Made by a program: the position numbers and the translations under genes. Source: Barthelona sp. PCE (Eukaryota). From it: DNA of 64,000 bases. The notes beneath the pieces are model-generated. The model was given only the letters and a program-made list of their open reading frames with translations. It ran no database searches and was not told the origin of the DNA. The stretch is from positions 1,302,001 through 1,366,000 of the forward strand of contig JAUFOR010000004.1 of assembly GCA_040285745.1 (NCBI GenBank), given 5' to 3'. This document shows, one piece after another, positions 19,835 to 30,940 of the stretch; the first letter of the stretch is position 1; every line of letters starts with the position of its first letter.

Positions 19835-22800
19835 ATGGACGATTCAGCGATTCCAAACAATGGAGAGGTTGAAAAACTCGCTAAAATAGGGCATTCGGGC
19901 ACAGTTTTAGCTGAACATCCTTTAGGAACCGATGAAAGTACAGTAACACCACTTAATATTCCTTCTTTTCTTTCTTTAGGGCTTCAGAGCCACGCCTTAT
20001 CGGATGTGTGCTCCCCATTCAATATAGTTCAGAAGAATAACGATCTTTTTGATCATTTAAAGGAAAAGTCGACTTTTTTAGTTAATTTGCAGAGGAGACG
20101 CAAGATTTCGAGTAGAAACCACCGCAAAAAGATCGTTCCAATGCCTGCAGAGTACAGGGGTAACGCAAAGGTGAAGAGTGATGAGTTATCTTCGTTTACT
20201 TTTAACGAAATAACTGATTACGGATCAGAGGTTCGCAAACCAGTACAACACGCTTTATCCGTGCAAGGCCACGAATACCTTGACGTCTTGGCGTCAAACA
20301 CAGCAGGAGGATTTAGAGATTTTATTAGTGCAAGTTACTCATCAAATGATTTAATGGAATTGAGAGTTAACCATCTCAGAGTCATTAATACAAAGGAGCC
20401 ACGTGTACCTTTTCCGCGCACAGAGTTAGCCCCACTACAGTTTGATATTGCAACGGAAAGGACGGCGGTTATACACAGTTCTCAAAGTGTTAATAGTGAC
20501 ACAGCAAAGGTTATTATTGACGAACACATACCAACGCGGGAGGAGCTGCTGAGGGTGGAGCGCTGCAGCAAGGGACTATGGAACTTTGTTCTTGATTTAT
20601 GGCAGAGGAAGGCAGTCTTTAGGATTGATCAAGGCCATAGCGTTTTTGTTACAGCTCATACAAGTGCTGGAAAAACTGTTGTGGCAGAGTTTGCAATCAA
20701 GAAGGCGCTCACATACAAGCGTAGTGTAGTTTATACGGGCCCGGTAAAGGCACTCGTTAATCAGAAATATTTTGACTTCTGTAATAAGTTTGGGAAAGAC
20801 AACGTTGGTATATTGACCGGTGATACTGTAAGGAACCCGCAAGCGAACTGCATAGTGATGACAACCGAGGTGTTACAGTCGATGCTTTACAACAGGTCCA
20901 AATTTATTCTGGAGATCGAGACTGTCATATTCGATGAGTTTCACAACATTAAGGACAGGGACAGAGGCAAGGTATACGAAGACATCATCGCCATGATCCC
21001 CAGGAACGTTAATTTTGTTCTTCTGACTGCAACAATTAGCACCCAAGATCGTAACCGTATTGCCAACTGGATAGCCATGATCAAGAACAAGCTGGTGTAT
21101 ATTGAGGGCAGCACCACAAGACCAGTGCCGCTGTATCATAAGTTGATAATACCTGTGCCCGAGAAACGTTTAAAACCAATTTTCCGTAATAATGTTACAT
21201 CATTGTGTATGAAAAACTACAGCGCAGTGTCACTTCGACACGATGGATTCGGAAAGCATGCGTTTAACTCGGTTGTATTCCAGCAGCTTGGCGGTGCCAT
21301 GGCTCCCATCGAGAGACAGCCTCCATGTATTGTTAGTGCAATTCTTGCTGTTGAGAAGTCGTATCCACTCATATGTTTCATCTTTTCGAAGAGGAAGTGT
21401 AATGATGTAGCGGAGCAGTTGTCACGGAGGTTCAGTGGCGGATCTGTGAGTCCGCGGTTCTTCAGCCTGTGGAAGCACATGTTTGCCCAGTTATCGCCTG
21501 AGGATCAACAGCTGGAGAATATTCGAAGAATGTATGCTTATCTTGTTCAGGGAATCGGCGTGCACCACAGCGGTTTGCACCCAGTCATGAAGGAGTTTGT
21601 TGAATTCATGATGAAGGAGAATATGCTCAAGGTTGTTATTGCAACATCTACGTTGGGTCAGGGCATCAACATGCCAGCTCGGTCAGTAATGATTACATCA
21701 ATGCGGATGGGTATTAGAACGCTCGCAACAGACGAGTATCTTCAGTTTGCAGGACGTGCAGGACGTCGCGGTTTTGATAAAGAAGGTATTGTTTATATGT
21801 TAAAGGGGGGTGCGCGTACTGTTGATGACTTTTTATCAGGATACCGCACTTTATTGAGTGGATTCCAGACCCCAGTGCGATCTTCTTATTCAGTAACATA
21901 CCGTTTACTACTGAACTGTATTCTACGTAATAATCAAGTTTTGGATATTTTAAAGATGACATTGGGAGAGTTCGACTCGTTTGTGGAACACTCTGAAGTG
22001 AATGAGGCGCTGATCGCACTCATAGAAACAGAGAAGCACCTTCCATTCCTGGACGAATGTTCATGCGGTGTTCGTTCGAATGAGAGTTTTAAAATTTTGG
22101 TTGAAAGTAATTTCCACTTACTTTGTTGTTTTGAAGTGTTTTATTCAGGTCTAATTAGTGACTCCTCGAGGCTCTACAATGATCTGGTATCTAACCCAAC
22201 AGTCATTCAGCTTCCAACACGAAGGAAACCAAAACTAAAGGCAAAATACGCGGTGTGCTCGTGCTGGGTTCCATCAAAGCCAACAGCTGAGCAGATGGCA
22301 GAGGACATGGACATCAGCTATGACGTGGCATACAGTGGGTCCACCGGTTTCGGAATGAATCACATGTGTTTTATTGACGAATCATCAGGGACTGCAGTTT
22401 TGTGCATTCCAAAGCCTGACTACGAGTTATTTGTGCGCAAGCGTGTGGATATTTTGCTGAAGGAGTTCTTGCTTAAGGGCACCGGTGTTCTCACCGACCT
22501 CAAACTTCCCGATTCGCCTTTTGCGGCAATCCCGTGCGCTCCATGCGTTTCTGACATGTTCAACAGGCCAAATGGCGATGTTGACTGGACAGATCCATTC
22601 TACCAATGTGTCTTGGTCAGCTTCGACCCCGAAAATGATTATGACTTGCCGTATCTGCCAATTACGTGTGTTAACCGACAGCTAGTGATGGAGGACGGGA
22701 GAAATGCATATATCGAGCCTTTTCCGTCCACTTTTGATCATGAACCGATCTTTCCCACCCTTTTTGATGATGGAATCCCAGATCTTGGACTTTTCTTAAG

Positions 22801-23767
22801 ATCATTTTCTGAAGGCGTACAGTTCCTACCAAAAGAGCTTCCAGTGCTGATCAGGAGTGCTGAGATCCACCTTTGTGCGATGAAACAGGTTGAAGCTGCT
22901 GATTTGAGACCATTGGCTGATCATCTTGTGTTGCATATGAGTGAATCTTTGAGACACAGAGAGTACAAAGCCAATTTCGACCACTTCCAGTCGCGCCTCA
23001 GCGATGATACGTTGGCGCATTACAATGAATTACAAAACAGAATGACGTTTTTGAAAGAAATGGGGTTTGTCACGCCTGAGAATCTGTTAACTAGGTTGGG
23101 TCGAGTAGCGCTCCCGATTACGTACATAGACGGAATATTGCTGAGTTCATGTCTTGTTAATGGTGTGTTCGATGATGTTTTGCACCCATTTGAGCTTATA
23201 GTACTCATTTCAGGCGTTATTAAGAGTAGAGTTATTTGTGATAAGTGTTACAAGTACAGCTTCCACTGTGTACCAGTCAATGATGAAGAGTTTCCCCTTC
23301 GGTTAGATGATGATCAGAAGACTGCAATGGCATCAGTGTATGAAGAACCATATCTTGAATCAATTAGAAGTAGTGTATCTCAAATATATCAGTGTGTGCA
23401 AAAGAAAGTTCAGATGGAAAAGAAGTATGGTATTGATGAGGAGAATTGCAGAGCTGATAAAATGATAGAAAAAATGGCATTGTTTTTTGAGGTTTTTTGC
23501 CCTAAACCCACCGAGGATGCACTTATTTTTGACAACGCATACGAGCCTGCCTACCCCATTTCATCAATTGTCAATGCATATAACCTGCATGTGGGTGATG
23601 TGTATAACGCAATTAAGCAGATTGGCGCTAGTATGACTAACCTGCAGGAAGTAGCACTTCGCTGTCTGCAAAGCACTAAGTTGCACGATATGTTTGACGA
23701 CGCCAACATCATATTACAGGGTTTCTTATCACAGGCAAAGAGCCTTTTTATCAATTCAGCTGATTAG
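19835..23767 (+). CDS. Ski2/Mtr4-family DExH RNA helicase (Ski2-like)
   Basis: AHTSAGKTVVAE, PVKALVNQKY, MTTEVLQSMLY, IFDEFH, GIGVHHSGL, GINMPARSV, QFAGRAGRRGFD. Confidence 0.9.
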   Translation: MDDSAIPNNGEVEKLAKIGHSGTVLAEHPLGTDESTVTPLNIPSFLSLGLQSHALSDVCSPFNIVQKNNDLFDHLKEKSTFLVNLQRRRKISSRNHRKKIVPMPAEYRGNAKVKSDELSSFTFNEITDYGSEVRKPVQHALSVQGHEYLDVLASNTAGGFRDFISASYSSNDLMELRVNHLRVINTKEPRVPFPRTELAPLQFDIATERTAVIHSSQSVNSDTAKVIIDEHIPTREELLRVERCSKGLWNFVLDLWQRKAVFRIDQGHSVFVTAHTSAGKTVVAEFAIKKALTYKRSVVYTGPVKALVNQKYFDFCNKFGKDNVGILTGDTVRNPQANCIVMTTEVLQSMLYNRSKFILEIETVIFDEFHNIKDRDRGKVYEDIIAMIPRNVNFVLLTATISTQDRNRIANWIAMIKNKLVYIEGSTTRPVPLYHKLIIPVPEKRLKPIFRNNVTSLCMKNYSAVSLRHDGFGKHAFNSVVFQQLGGAMAPIERQPPCIVSAILAVEKSYPLICFIFSKRKCNDVAEQLSRRFSGGSVSPRFFSLWKHMFAQLSPEDQQLENIRRMYAYLVQGIGVHHSGLHPVMKEFVEFMMKENMLKVVIATSTLGQGINMPARSVMITSMRMGIRTLATDEYLQFAGRAGRRGFDKEGIVYMLKGGARTVDDFLSGYRTLLSGFQTPVRSSYSVTYRLLLNCILRNNQVLDILKMTLGEFDSFVEHSEVNEALIALIETEKHLPFLDECSCGVRSNESFKILVESNFHLLCCFEVFYSGLISDSSRLYNDLVSNPTVIQLPTRRKPKLKAKYAVCSCWVPSKPTAEQMAEDMDISYDVAYSGSTGFGMNHMCFIDESSGTAVLCIPKPDYELFVRKRVDILLKEFLLKGTGVLTDLKLPDSPFAAIPCAPCVSDMFNRPNGDVDWTDPFYQCVLVSFDPENDYDLPYLPITCVNRQLVMEDGRNAYIEPFPSTFDHEPIFPTLFDDGIPDLGLFLRSFSEGVQFLPKELPVLIRSAEIHLCAMKQVEAADLRPLADHLVLHMSESLRHREYKANFDHFQSRLSDDTLAHYNELQNRMTFLKEMGFVTPENLLTRLGRVALPITYIDGILLSSCLVNGVFDDVLHPFELIVLISGVIKSRVICDKCYKYSFHCVPVNDEEFPLRLDDDQKTAMASVYEEPYLESIRSSVSQIYQCVQKKVQMEKKYGIDEENCRADKMIEKMALFFEVFCPKPTEDALIFDNAYEPAYPISSIVNAYNLHVGDVYNAIKQIGASMTNLQEVALRCLQSTKLHDMFDDANIILQGFLSQAKSLFINSAD

Positions 23768-23770
23768 TAA

Positions 23771-24631
23771 ATGTTTTCATTTTACATCCTTTTTCTGTAT
23801 ATGACAACGCTTACACTGGGGCGGGTGCTTCGCAAGGCTAGGAAGGAGCCAGGGCAAGAGATAGGAATTAGTTGCGTCAATTTTGACAATCGCGGTTTTA
23901 CAGAGGTTGCGCCAGACCTTCAATCACTCACAAATCTTACACATCTATCGCTGTTCGACAACGACTTTGTCGAAATTCCTGATTTAACATGGAAGAAACT
24001 CATAAAAATTCGTTTAGAGAATAATAACATTCAACGCTTAGATCATCATGATTTACAGGGTTGTACCGCAGTGGAAGAGCTTTATCTCGACCGCAATTCA
24101 GTGGAAGCTATTGGTAACATTGGTCATCTTTTATGTCTTCGAGTTTTGAGCATTAGTTATCAAAGAATTCCACAAGATCTTGTGTTTTCTGCAGAATTCA
24201 AAAGCCTTATTGCACCCCAACTTGAGTATTTTGATATATCTGGCAATCTTATTGCTGATCGTGAAATTTTGCACCTGTTAACGAGCATAGAAACACTAAA
24301 TGTACGAGATTGTGGGCTGGCAGATCAAGAAGCATTTCTTACAATGGTTAGCAACGCAACATCTATGCGAGAGTTGGACTTCAGAGATAACCCAATAGCT
24401 AAAAATCGTAAATTAAAGTATATTTGTGTGGCACTAAGACCATCTATGCAAAAAATTAATGGTGAAGAATTATCAGAAAATGATAGAATCCAAGCAAATG
24501 GCATGCGTACGGTGCTCAGCAGACGGCGTCAAGTAACAAGACCGGTAAGACATGGGGGTGTTCAACCTCTAACAGTACAAAGTTCGACTCCGCCATACAC
24601 GATTGAACGTCGAGGCAGAATCCTTCACTGA
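23771..24631 (+). CDS. Leucine-rich repeat protein (SDS22-like/PPP1R42-like); start may be 23801
   Basis: LTHLSLFDND, IRLENNNI, ELYLDRNSV, LDFRDNPI and an LRRcap-like end. Confidence 0.8.
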   Translation: MFSFYILFLYMTTLTLGRVLRKARKEPGQEIGISCVNFDNRGFTEVAPDLQSLTNLTHLSLFDNDFVEIPDLTWKKLIKIRLENNNIQRLDHHDLQGCTAVEELYLDRNSVEAIGNIGHLLCLRVLSISYQRIPQDLVFSAEFKSLIAPQLEYFDISGNLIADREILHLLTSIETLNVRDCGLADQEAFLTMVSNATSMRELDFRDNPIAKNRKLKYICVALRPSMQKINGEELSENDRIQANGMRTVLSRRRQVTRPVRHGGVQPLTVQSSTPPYTIERRGRILH

Positions 24632-24665
24632 CGCTGGATTTTATCTGCTGGCAATAGTAAATATG

Positions 24666-26153
24666 TTACATGTCTTGGATAGCTAGTTGACTGCGCGGAA
24701 CATATTGGTTTTGAAAATTCTTATGGTTTCTTTTGACCTTTTCTGTTTTTGAAGGCTCAACTGTGAGGATGACTCTTGATGGGGCGAAAAAGGTTGCGTT
24801 TGTGTGATGTAAGTCACATGAAGAAAATGAAGGTTCCAAAACTTGAATATTGACTTCCTGTTTTTCCTTTCTTTTCTTCTTTTTCTTCTTTGTTCGAATG
24901 AGAATGCTCTCCGGCGGTACCGGGATCTTTGACCGCAAGAAATTAGGTTTCTGTCGTTCAAAACTGTTAAGAAAAACATTTGTTGGCTTCTTTGTAATGG
25001 GTTTTCTCTCATAACTAACTTCTGTTTTAGATACTTTGAATCTACTCTTCTGGTACCGACCTCTGCGCTTCTTTTTGTTAGTAGGCATCCCCTTGACGTC
25101 GTGGACAACCCGAAGTAGGGCTCTGAACCAGTTCTTTAGAAGCTGAAGCGGGGCATGTAAACAGCATCCTATAAAATAAGCAATTGCATACTGTTTGAGA
25201 GCGCTTGTGCATGCGAACAGTGCGTCTACCACCTCCTGACAATGATTGTATTGAACTGTTGCACTCAATAATCTATTTTCAGCGTCCAGAAGGTATTTCT
25301 TCCCAATATCACCTTCAAAGAATAAAATCAACGATGGGTCGATCTTTATGGGTTTCATGTTTAGCTGGGGGCTCCCCTTCATGATGGGAACATGTCCTAA
25401 CGCTTGGATACAGAAACTAATTGTGTCGCTTAGTATGTACTCATAATAAGGCATTGTACCGTTTTTAAATACACGAAGGATCTTGAAGAAGGAGAATACA
25501 GGTAGGGATCTGGGTGTATGCACGAGAAAAGCACCTTCATTAGTGGTTTTGAAGATTACATTGACCAATTCTGTTAAAGTCTCATAAAAAGGTGTTTCAT
25601 TAAGCCATATAAGCACAAATAGTGTGAATTCGCTCAATAGAAGAGTGGTTGGTATATGTTTTGATACCATTGATGATGTTGCAATAAGTTGAAAGTCTAA
25701 TTCGCAGGCTACGTTAAACTCAGTTACAGATGGTCTGAAGTTGACACAGTGGGCTAGGGCGAGTGCCATGCGTCTGTAGTATGAGTATGGAGCACTGTCA
25801 CCCAGCCTTGAACAGAAAGTATTGTTAACCTTGGTCAACAAACGCTGTACTCCAGTATCACGTACTAAAAGCAGATCTATCCTCTCGTTTAGGTCTTCTA
25901 GCGTAAGGGTTGTATCGTCCGAAAGTCCAGAACCGCCAAAAATCTTAATGAAATTTTGTATGTTGAATAAAGAGTTTTTTGATCTTTGGATAATAAATGT
26001 ACTTCGTAAATTTGCCAATAATATGTCAAAAAATGGAGGTAAATAAGCTGGAGTTTCAATGCTTGGTGATACTGTTTCCAAATCGACATCTAACTTCGTA
26101 TTGCCCATATCCACATGGCCGTCCAGGGGAGATAGGACTCTGTTCAGCTCCAT
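24666..26153 (-). CDS. Hypothetical protein with basic C-terminal tail
   Basis: Long ORF; first ATG at 26153 (MELNRV). Confidence 0.7.
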   Translation of the reverse strand: MELNRVLSPLDGHVDMGNTKLDVDLETVSPSIETPAYLPPFFDILLANLRSTFIIQRSKNSLFNIQNFIKIFGGSGLSDDTTLTLEDLNERIDLLLVRDTGVQRLLTKVNNTFCSRLGDSAPYSYYRRMALALAHCVNFRPSVTEFNVACELDFQLIATSSMVSKHIPTTLLLSEFTLFVLIWLNETPFYETLTELVNVIFKTTNEGAFLVHTPRSLPVFSFFKILRVFKNGTMPYYEYILSDTISFCIQALGHVPIMKGSPQLNMKPIKIDPSLILFFEGDIGKKYLLDAENRLLSATVQYNHCQEVVDALFACTSALKQYAIAYFIGCCLHAPLQLLKNWFRALLRVVHDVKGMPTNKKKRRGRYQKSRFKVSKTEVSYERKPITKKPTNVFLNSFERQKPNFLRSKIPVPPESILIRTKKKKKKRKEKQEVNIQVLEPSFSSCDLHHTNATFFAPSRVILTVEPSKTEKVKRNHKNFQNQYVPRSQLAIQDM

Positions 26154-26281
26154 ATGGTTTGTGAAATGGAGGAAGGTAGTTTTAACGTTGATTTGTGTTG
26201 TATTGTTCAAAATTTATCTGTTTAGTTCTCTGAACATGTGCAGTTGCAGATATTGTGCCTAATCAAAGTCAATTATTGCTC

Positions 26282-26614
26282 TTAGAGAATAATTTAGGAG
26301 CACCGGCGTTTTCAACTCTCTTTTTGGCATTTGATAATTTAGTTTGAACTGCTTAGCTAGCTATTATTCAAGTGAATGATTCACCATAGTTCCTTCCCTT
26401 ATATGCAGCGGTGGTAAAGCCTGAAACTTTGATGATTTACAGATCTAAGTTTGGGTATGGTGCCACGAAGGGGTCACCGAGGTCGGTGTGCGGAAGTCCA
26501 CAAATCCGACTCTCGATATTAAAAAATAGGTAAAAAATAAACAAAAAAAAAATAGGTAACCTTGATATAAGTGAACTAAGCAAATTCAACCCTGCTTCGT
26601 GTTCCATTCTCTAA
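26282..26614 (+). ncRNA. Candidate ~330-nt structured non-coding RNA, family unassigned
   Basis: ORF-free gap with six or more nested helices, one containing a G-U pair favouring the + strand (see findings). Confidence 0.5.
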
Positions 26615-26738
26615 TTGTTCATCAATCTGGGATCTTGAGGATCGGTTGCAATATGAAATTTGACATTCTTCAGAAAAGAACTTCTTTTCAACTAATGGAA
26701 TTCAAGAATAATTTCCATGCCTCTATTGGCCATGGGAA

Positions 26739-28841
26739 CTATACATGTTCATGATAATCTGGCATGTAATACTCAACGATGGACGCCTCGGCCAGGAACG
26801 ATGGAAGGTGGAACGTTTCCACTGTGGGATTGATCGATTCCGGATCTTCCTCAACGTTATATGTTTTCAACACCATTGTCTTGGTCTCTTCTTCGTATGA
26901 CATGTCTTGAATAACGTTGTTAGGTAGATTTGGATCGTGGCTTATCTTCATACTAGGAGAATATGGGAAATTGTCGTTTGTGTAAAAATGCGTTTCAATT
27001 GCACCATCTTCAACGTATACTTTAATGATGCCTCCCACTACGTGTATGTATGAATCTCCCAGGAAATTAAGGAACTTATTGCCTTCCTCCGCTTCATCAT
27101 AATAAAATCCCTTCCAAAGGAGAACAGGCTCTAAGAAGCTTCCTGTTGACCAATCAAGACAATGTAAATATTGCGTTGCTGCTTCTTCACTGCGTGTATA
27201 TACAACAAACAGCTGATGATCAGGTGTTTCAGCCAATGGACGAGGGTTGAAGTAAACATCTACTACAAGTCTATGTTCAAAAAAAACAATGTGCTTTTGA
27301 ACCTCCACGTCATACCCGTTGACATTGAACCGAAAAAAATGGATTGCTTCATCACAAAAAATGCATGCTGAATTATCAAAATGTGAACCATGAACACTTG
27401 TAACTTGCACATTCGGGGGAAATTCCAAAATCATCTTTTCTCCCAAATATACCAGACCACGGTCAACATTTAATGGCAACCCTTGAATGAAACCACGGTT
27501 TTCAGGACCGCAATGAGGCAAAATGGTTGTGATTGGCTTGGATTCTGAGCCTGTCCAGCATAATTTGACATATGTAGTTACTACTTCACTACGTACCTTT
27601 GCCATTACAAAAAATTCATCTCCTTCATTTGGATGAACTGATCGGATCTCGCAGCTCGTATGTGAAAACGGTTTCCTACACCCACGCAGCACAATAAGCT
27701 TCCTTTCTTTAAAAAAAAAGTAACATCTTATCGAAGAGTAATAATCATCGTACACTTCAGCTATTCCATCAAAAAAAATGCGGTTTGGTTGAAGACTGTT
27801 CAACCAAAACACCTCATTATCAACTGTTCTGAATTTGATTAGGCCACAACGTCCTGTTATTTTATCAACACTATAAAAAACACAATCTTCATCATGAAAG
27901 TAATTATCGTTCAAGTCTATATGCTTCCAGCCATCGCAAATTACGTTCTTAAAATTCAGTTTACCCTCTGACATCTTCAATTCACCATTTTCGATATGAA
28001 CTACCACACATCTTGAATAAATGAATATCATTGACAATACATTCTGAGTGAGCGTTAATAATGAAAAACTCGAGTATCTGATAATATTCAATCCTTTAAG
28101 CTGTGGAAACCTTTCTGTTAAATTAACGCGGTTCCTCTGACAGTCAAATATTATTAGTTCATCAATTTCTTGATCGCAAAAGCTAACTAGGCAAATGCAA
28201 TCCGAGTTCAAACACCACATGATGTATCCTGAATAGATTCCATGTAACTGCTCAATATCAGGTTCATGTGCCTCGTCCATGTCATCAACAGAAAAATTGT
28301 AATGCCATAGGGAATCATCTTGGCAATTCCTCAACAAAATGTAGTTTGAATTTTTTGTTGATTGAGAGTCATACTCTCCAAGACATCGATATTCATCGGT
28401 TAGCACATTTAATATGTAGCACAGAATCACTTGCCTATCGAAATGATTAATGGTGAATAGTAGGTGGTTTTCATCCATCGGAAATATTCTGCTAATTTGA
28501 AACCTTCTTATGTTGTCAAAAGGGAATGGTATTCTCCTTCTTGTATGTTCATCACTCATGATATGATCAAATAATAAGATATCAAGATGGGTTACAATAT
28601 TATAGTCAAGCTGTTCGATGATCATATAAGATTCTCCAGCTCTCAGCTTAGATGTGTACTTGAGAGGCTCACGCGTATCCTCCACATACCCAACAAAGCC
28701 CTTGCCTTCAATGGCGCTTTCAATGAGGCTGATGTTTTCCCTTGACTTAAGCAATACTACGCCCTGGCCCTCAAATATCATCTGCCCCTCAGGATAATCC
28801 TGCATGACAAGGTCTTCCTCGAATTTACGAACCCTAGGCAT
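26739..28841 (-). CDS. Unknown 700-aa beta-rich protein, copy A of a variable paralog pair
   Basis: First ATG at 28841 (MPRVRKF); paralog of 43295-45430; no signal peptide or TM segment seen. Confidence 0.85.
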   Translation of the reverse strand: MPRVRKFEEDLVMQDYPEGQMIFEGQGVVLLKSRENISLIESAIEGKGFVGYVEDTREPLKYTSKLRAGESYMIIEQLDYNIVTHLDILLFDHIMSDEHTRRRIPFPFDNIRRFQISRIFPMDENHLLFTINHFDRQVILCYILNVLTDEYRCLGEYDSQSTKNSNYILLRNCQDDSLWHYNFSVDDMDEAHEPDIEQLHGIYSGYIMWCLNSDCICLVSFCDQEIDELIIFDCQRNRVNLTERFPQLKGLNIIRYSSFSLLTLTQNVLSMIFIYSRCVVVHIENGELKMSEGKLNFKNVICDGWKHIDLNDNYFHDEDCVFYSVDKITGRCGLIKFRTVDNEVFWLNSLQPNRIFFDGIAEVYDDYYSSIRCYFFFKERKLIVLRGCRKPFSHTSCEIRSVHPNEGDEFFVMAKVRSEVVTTYVKLCWTGSESKPITTILPHCGPENRGFIQGLPLNVDRGLVYLGEKMILEFPPNVQVTSVHGSHFDNSACIFCDEAIHFFRFNVNGYDVEVQKHIVFFEHRLVVDVYFNPRPLAETPDHQLFVVYTRSEEAATQYLHCLDWSTGSFLEPVLLWKGFYYDEAEEGNKFLNFLGDSYIHVVGGIIKVYVEDGAIETHFYTNDNFPYSPSMKISHDPNLPNNVIQDMSYEEETKTMVLKTYNVEEDPESINPTVETFHLPSFLAEASIVEYYMPDYHEHV

Positions 28842-29033
28842 GTGAATGTGGTGAGAATACTGAAAACAATGACTATTGCATGTTTTCCACACAATTGTGT
28901 AATTGTGTGTGGGTTATATTTGATCCTCTGTCACAATATGCAAAAGTACTTGGTATGTACAGAAATTGCCAACATTTTTTGCACACTTTTTGTATCCATA
29001 TTAATCACAAATTGTTTATTAATGAAGCTAGGC

Positions 29034-30284
29034 CTAGAGGCACATGGAGAGGGCGGTCTCCATCTCGGCACGGGTGGGGTGCTCGACGTCGGTTCCGAAG
29101 TTGCCAGGGAAGTAATCGTAGTACTTGTCGAGGACGGTCTTGATGTAGTTCTCGGGTGTCTCACCGTCGAAGTACTCGCTGATGCGGGTCTTCATGGGTG
29201 TGGTCTTAACCTTGGCGTAGAAAGCCTCGAGGAACTCGTCGACGGTTTTGATGTAATCTCCGAAAAGGAGCTTGCCCCACTCGACAAAGCCCTCGTCGCC
29301 GTAGATGTTCCTGAACAGGTGCACGGCGGCGCGGAAGACAATGATGAGGGACTGGGCGTGCGTCATGAAGCCGCGCTCCTCGTTGTGGATACCGGACATA
29401 CAGTGACCGATCATGTGGACGATCCAGGACTGGACAGCGCCGTCACCGGGGTAGACGGAGAAGTTGAGAGCCTGTGTGGCGGCCCAACCGAGAGAAGCGT
29501 AGGTGCTGAGAACCTCCTCCTCAGAGAGACCCTCGGGGTTGACGAGGCGATCAAGGGAGTCGAAGAGGGACTTCTGCAGGCTGGTCAGGTAGAAGCGGCC
29601 GGCACGTGGGATGGCCTTGTCCTTGTTCTGCATCTGGAGAAGCAGATACTCGGAAATATGTGTGAAACCGTCGAAAGCAATGGAGGCAACGTGGTAGGGT
29701 GACAAGGTGGTCATGTACTTGGGGTTGATGGCGAGAGCCTTGGGGTAGAGGGAGGCGTTACCGAGGAAGCACTTCTTCTCATCAGAGGAACCCTCGATCT
29801 TGCGCTGCAGGACGGAGTTAGTGTTCATGCCGGAACCGGTTGCGGTCATGTAGTCGCATGCGTAGATGGGCATGGTGTGCTCGGAGGCACCAGGGACGGG
29901 GAGCTCACCGAGGTAGCAATCCCAGACATCCTTGCCCTCGACACCCTCGCGGCTAAGCTGGACGTCGACGACGATGGCCTTGGCGGTATCGAGGACGGAG
30001 CCTCCACCGACTGCGAGAATGGCTTCAGCACCACTCTCGAGGACGATCTCGGTCGCCTCCTTGACGAATGAGTAAATGGGGTTGGCACGAACGTTGCCCT
30101 TCTGGACGATCTCGATACCACGCTCCTCAGCGAGGGCATGGACGTCCTCCCAGGCACCGTTACGACGGATGGATCCACCGCCGAAAAGAAGAAGGACCTT
30201 CTTCTCCTCAATGGTATCGAAGAGCTTGGTCATCGACTCGAGGCCGACGTACAGTTTGGTAGGGTTTTCCCAGGCGTATTCCAT
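29034..30284 (-). CDS. Iron-containing alcohol dehydrogenase (butanol dehydrogenase BdhA/YqhD-like), copy A
   Basis: GGGSIRRNG, ANP, LAVGGGSVLDTAKA, TATGSGMN, FDGFTHISEY, WIVHMIGH, THAQSL (Asp plus three His metal ligands). Confidence 0.92.
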   Translation of the reverse strand: MEYAWENPTKLYVGLESMTKLFDTIEEKKVLLLFGGGSIRRNGAWEDVHALAEERGIEIVQKGNVRANPIYSFVKEATEIVLESGAEAILAVGGGSVLDTAKAIVVDVQLSREGVEGKDVWDCYLGELPVPGASEHTMPIYACDYMTATGSGMNTNSVLQRKIEGSSDEKKCFLGNASLYPKALAINPKYMTTLSPYHVASIAFDGFTHISEYLLLQMQNKDKAIPRAGRFYLTSLQKSLFDSLDRLVNPEGLSEEEVLSTYASLGWAATQALNFSVYPGDGAVQSWIVHMIGHCMSGIHNEERGFMTHAQSLIIVFRAAVHLFRNIYGDEGFVEWGKLLFGDYIKTVDEFLEAFYAKVKTTPMKTRISEYFDGETPENYIKTVLDKYYDYFPGNFGTDVEHPTRAEMETALSMCL

Positions 30285-30940
30285 TGTAATGCTGTTTTAA
30301 ATGAGGGTTGAAAAGCGTTAAGTGAGCTTCGGTGTCTGAGTGTCTGCTCAACGTCGCCGCCGAGGCATCTCTCGGCACGCCTGGGGCTGCATAGTGCATT
30401 TTCTGTGCGATACACCGGTAGAAAGATTTAATCAGGCAGGTGCCACCATTAATTGTGTGAGGCGGCCATGCTCAATGGGTGCCATTCGCAGCGGCGGCCA
30501 AGGGGTGCGAGCGGATCGCCTGGATCTGCGCGTATGCTGGATTTTGGGCGGCGGCACTTTCTTGCAAGCACCTGGGGCGCGATGGCGTTGACGGCGGCCG
30601 GCAACGCGCACCTGGCTGTGCACGCGACGTGGGAGATAGGATCGTCGCTTCTGTCACTTTCGAAATGTTTGGTTTTCAAGCAAGACAACGAATGTACATA
30701 TGTCAAGAACTGATTGTATTATGTGTATGGGCTTAAGGAATGTATTATACTAACTCCTTTCAGGGAAAAAGAATGGTTTCACTAAACTGTAGTGTTTAAG
30801 CATATCTAACCTTTTCTCCTGTTTTTAAAACAGTACTTGACTCGTTTAAACTCGTTTAACTTACTACATTTAACAAAAACAGAAACATTCAACATTTTTA
30901 TTTTTTATTTCCTTACTATCAATTATTTTAAACTTATAAG

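Larger units (their letters stand above)
26650..30670 (-). repeat. Left arm of ~4 kb inverted duplication
   Basis: Reverse complement of 41466-45519; identity ends at aatatgaaa (26650) and cgaaatgttt (30670). Confidence 0.95.

Noticed and set aside
28842-29702. 286-aa ORF antisense to the ADH (mirrored at 42434-43294)
   Set aside because: Shadow frame produced by the ADH's biased codon usage; no motifs and no ATG at the listed start.
30340-30736. Cluster of short overlapping ORFs in the GC-rich leader (mirrored at 41370-41928)
   Set aside because: Expected from high GC; they run off the repeat boundary into different sequence in the two copies.
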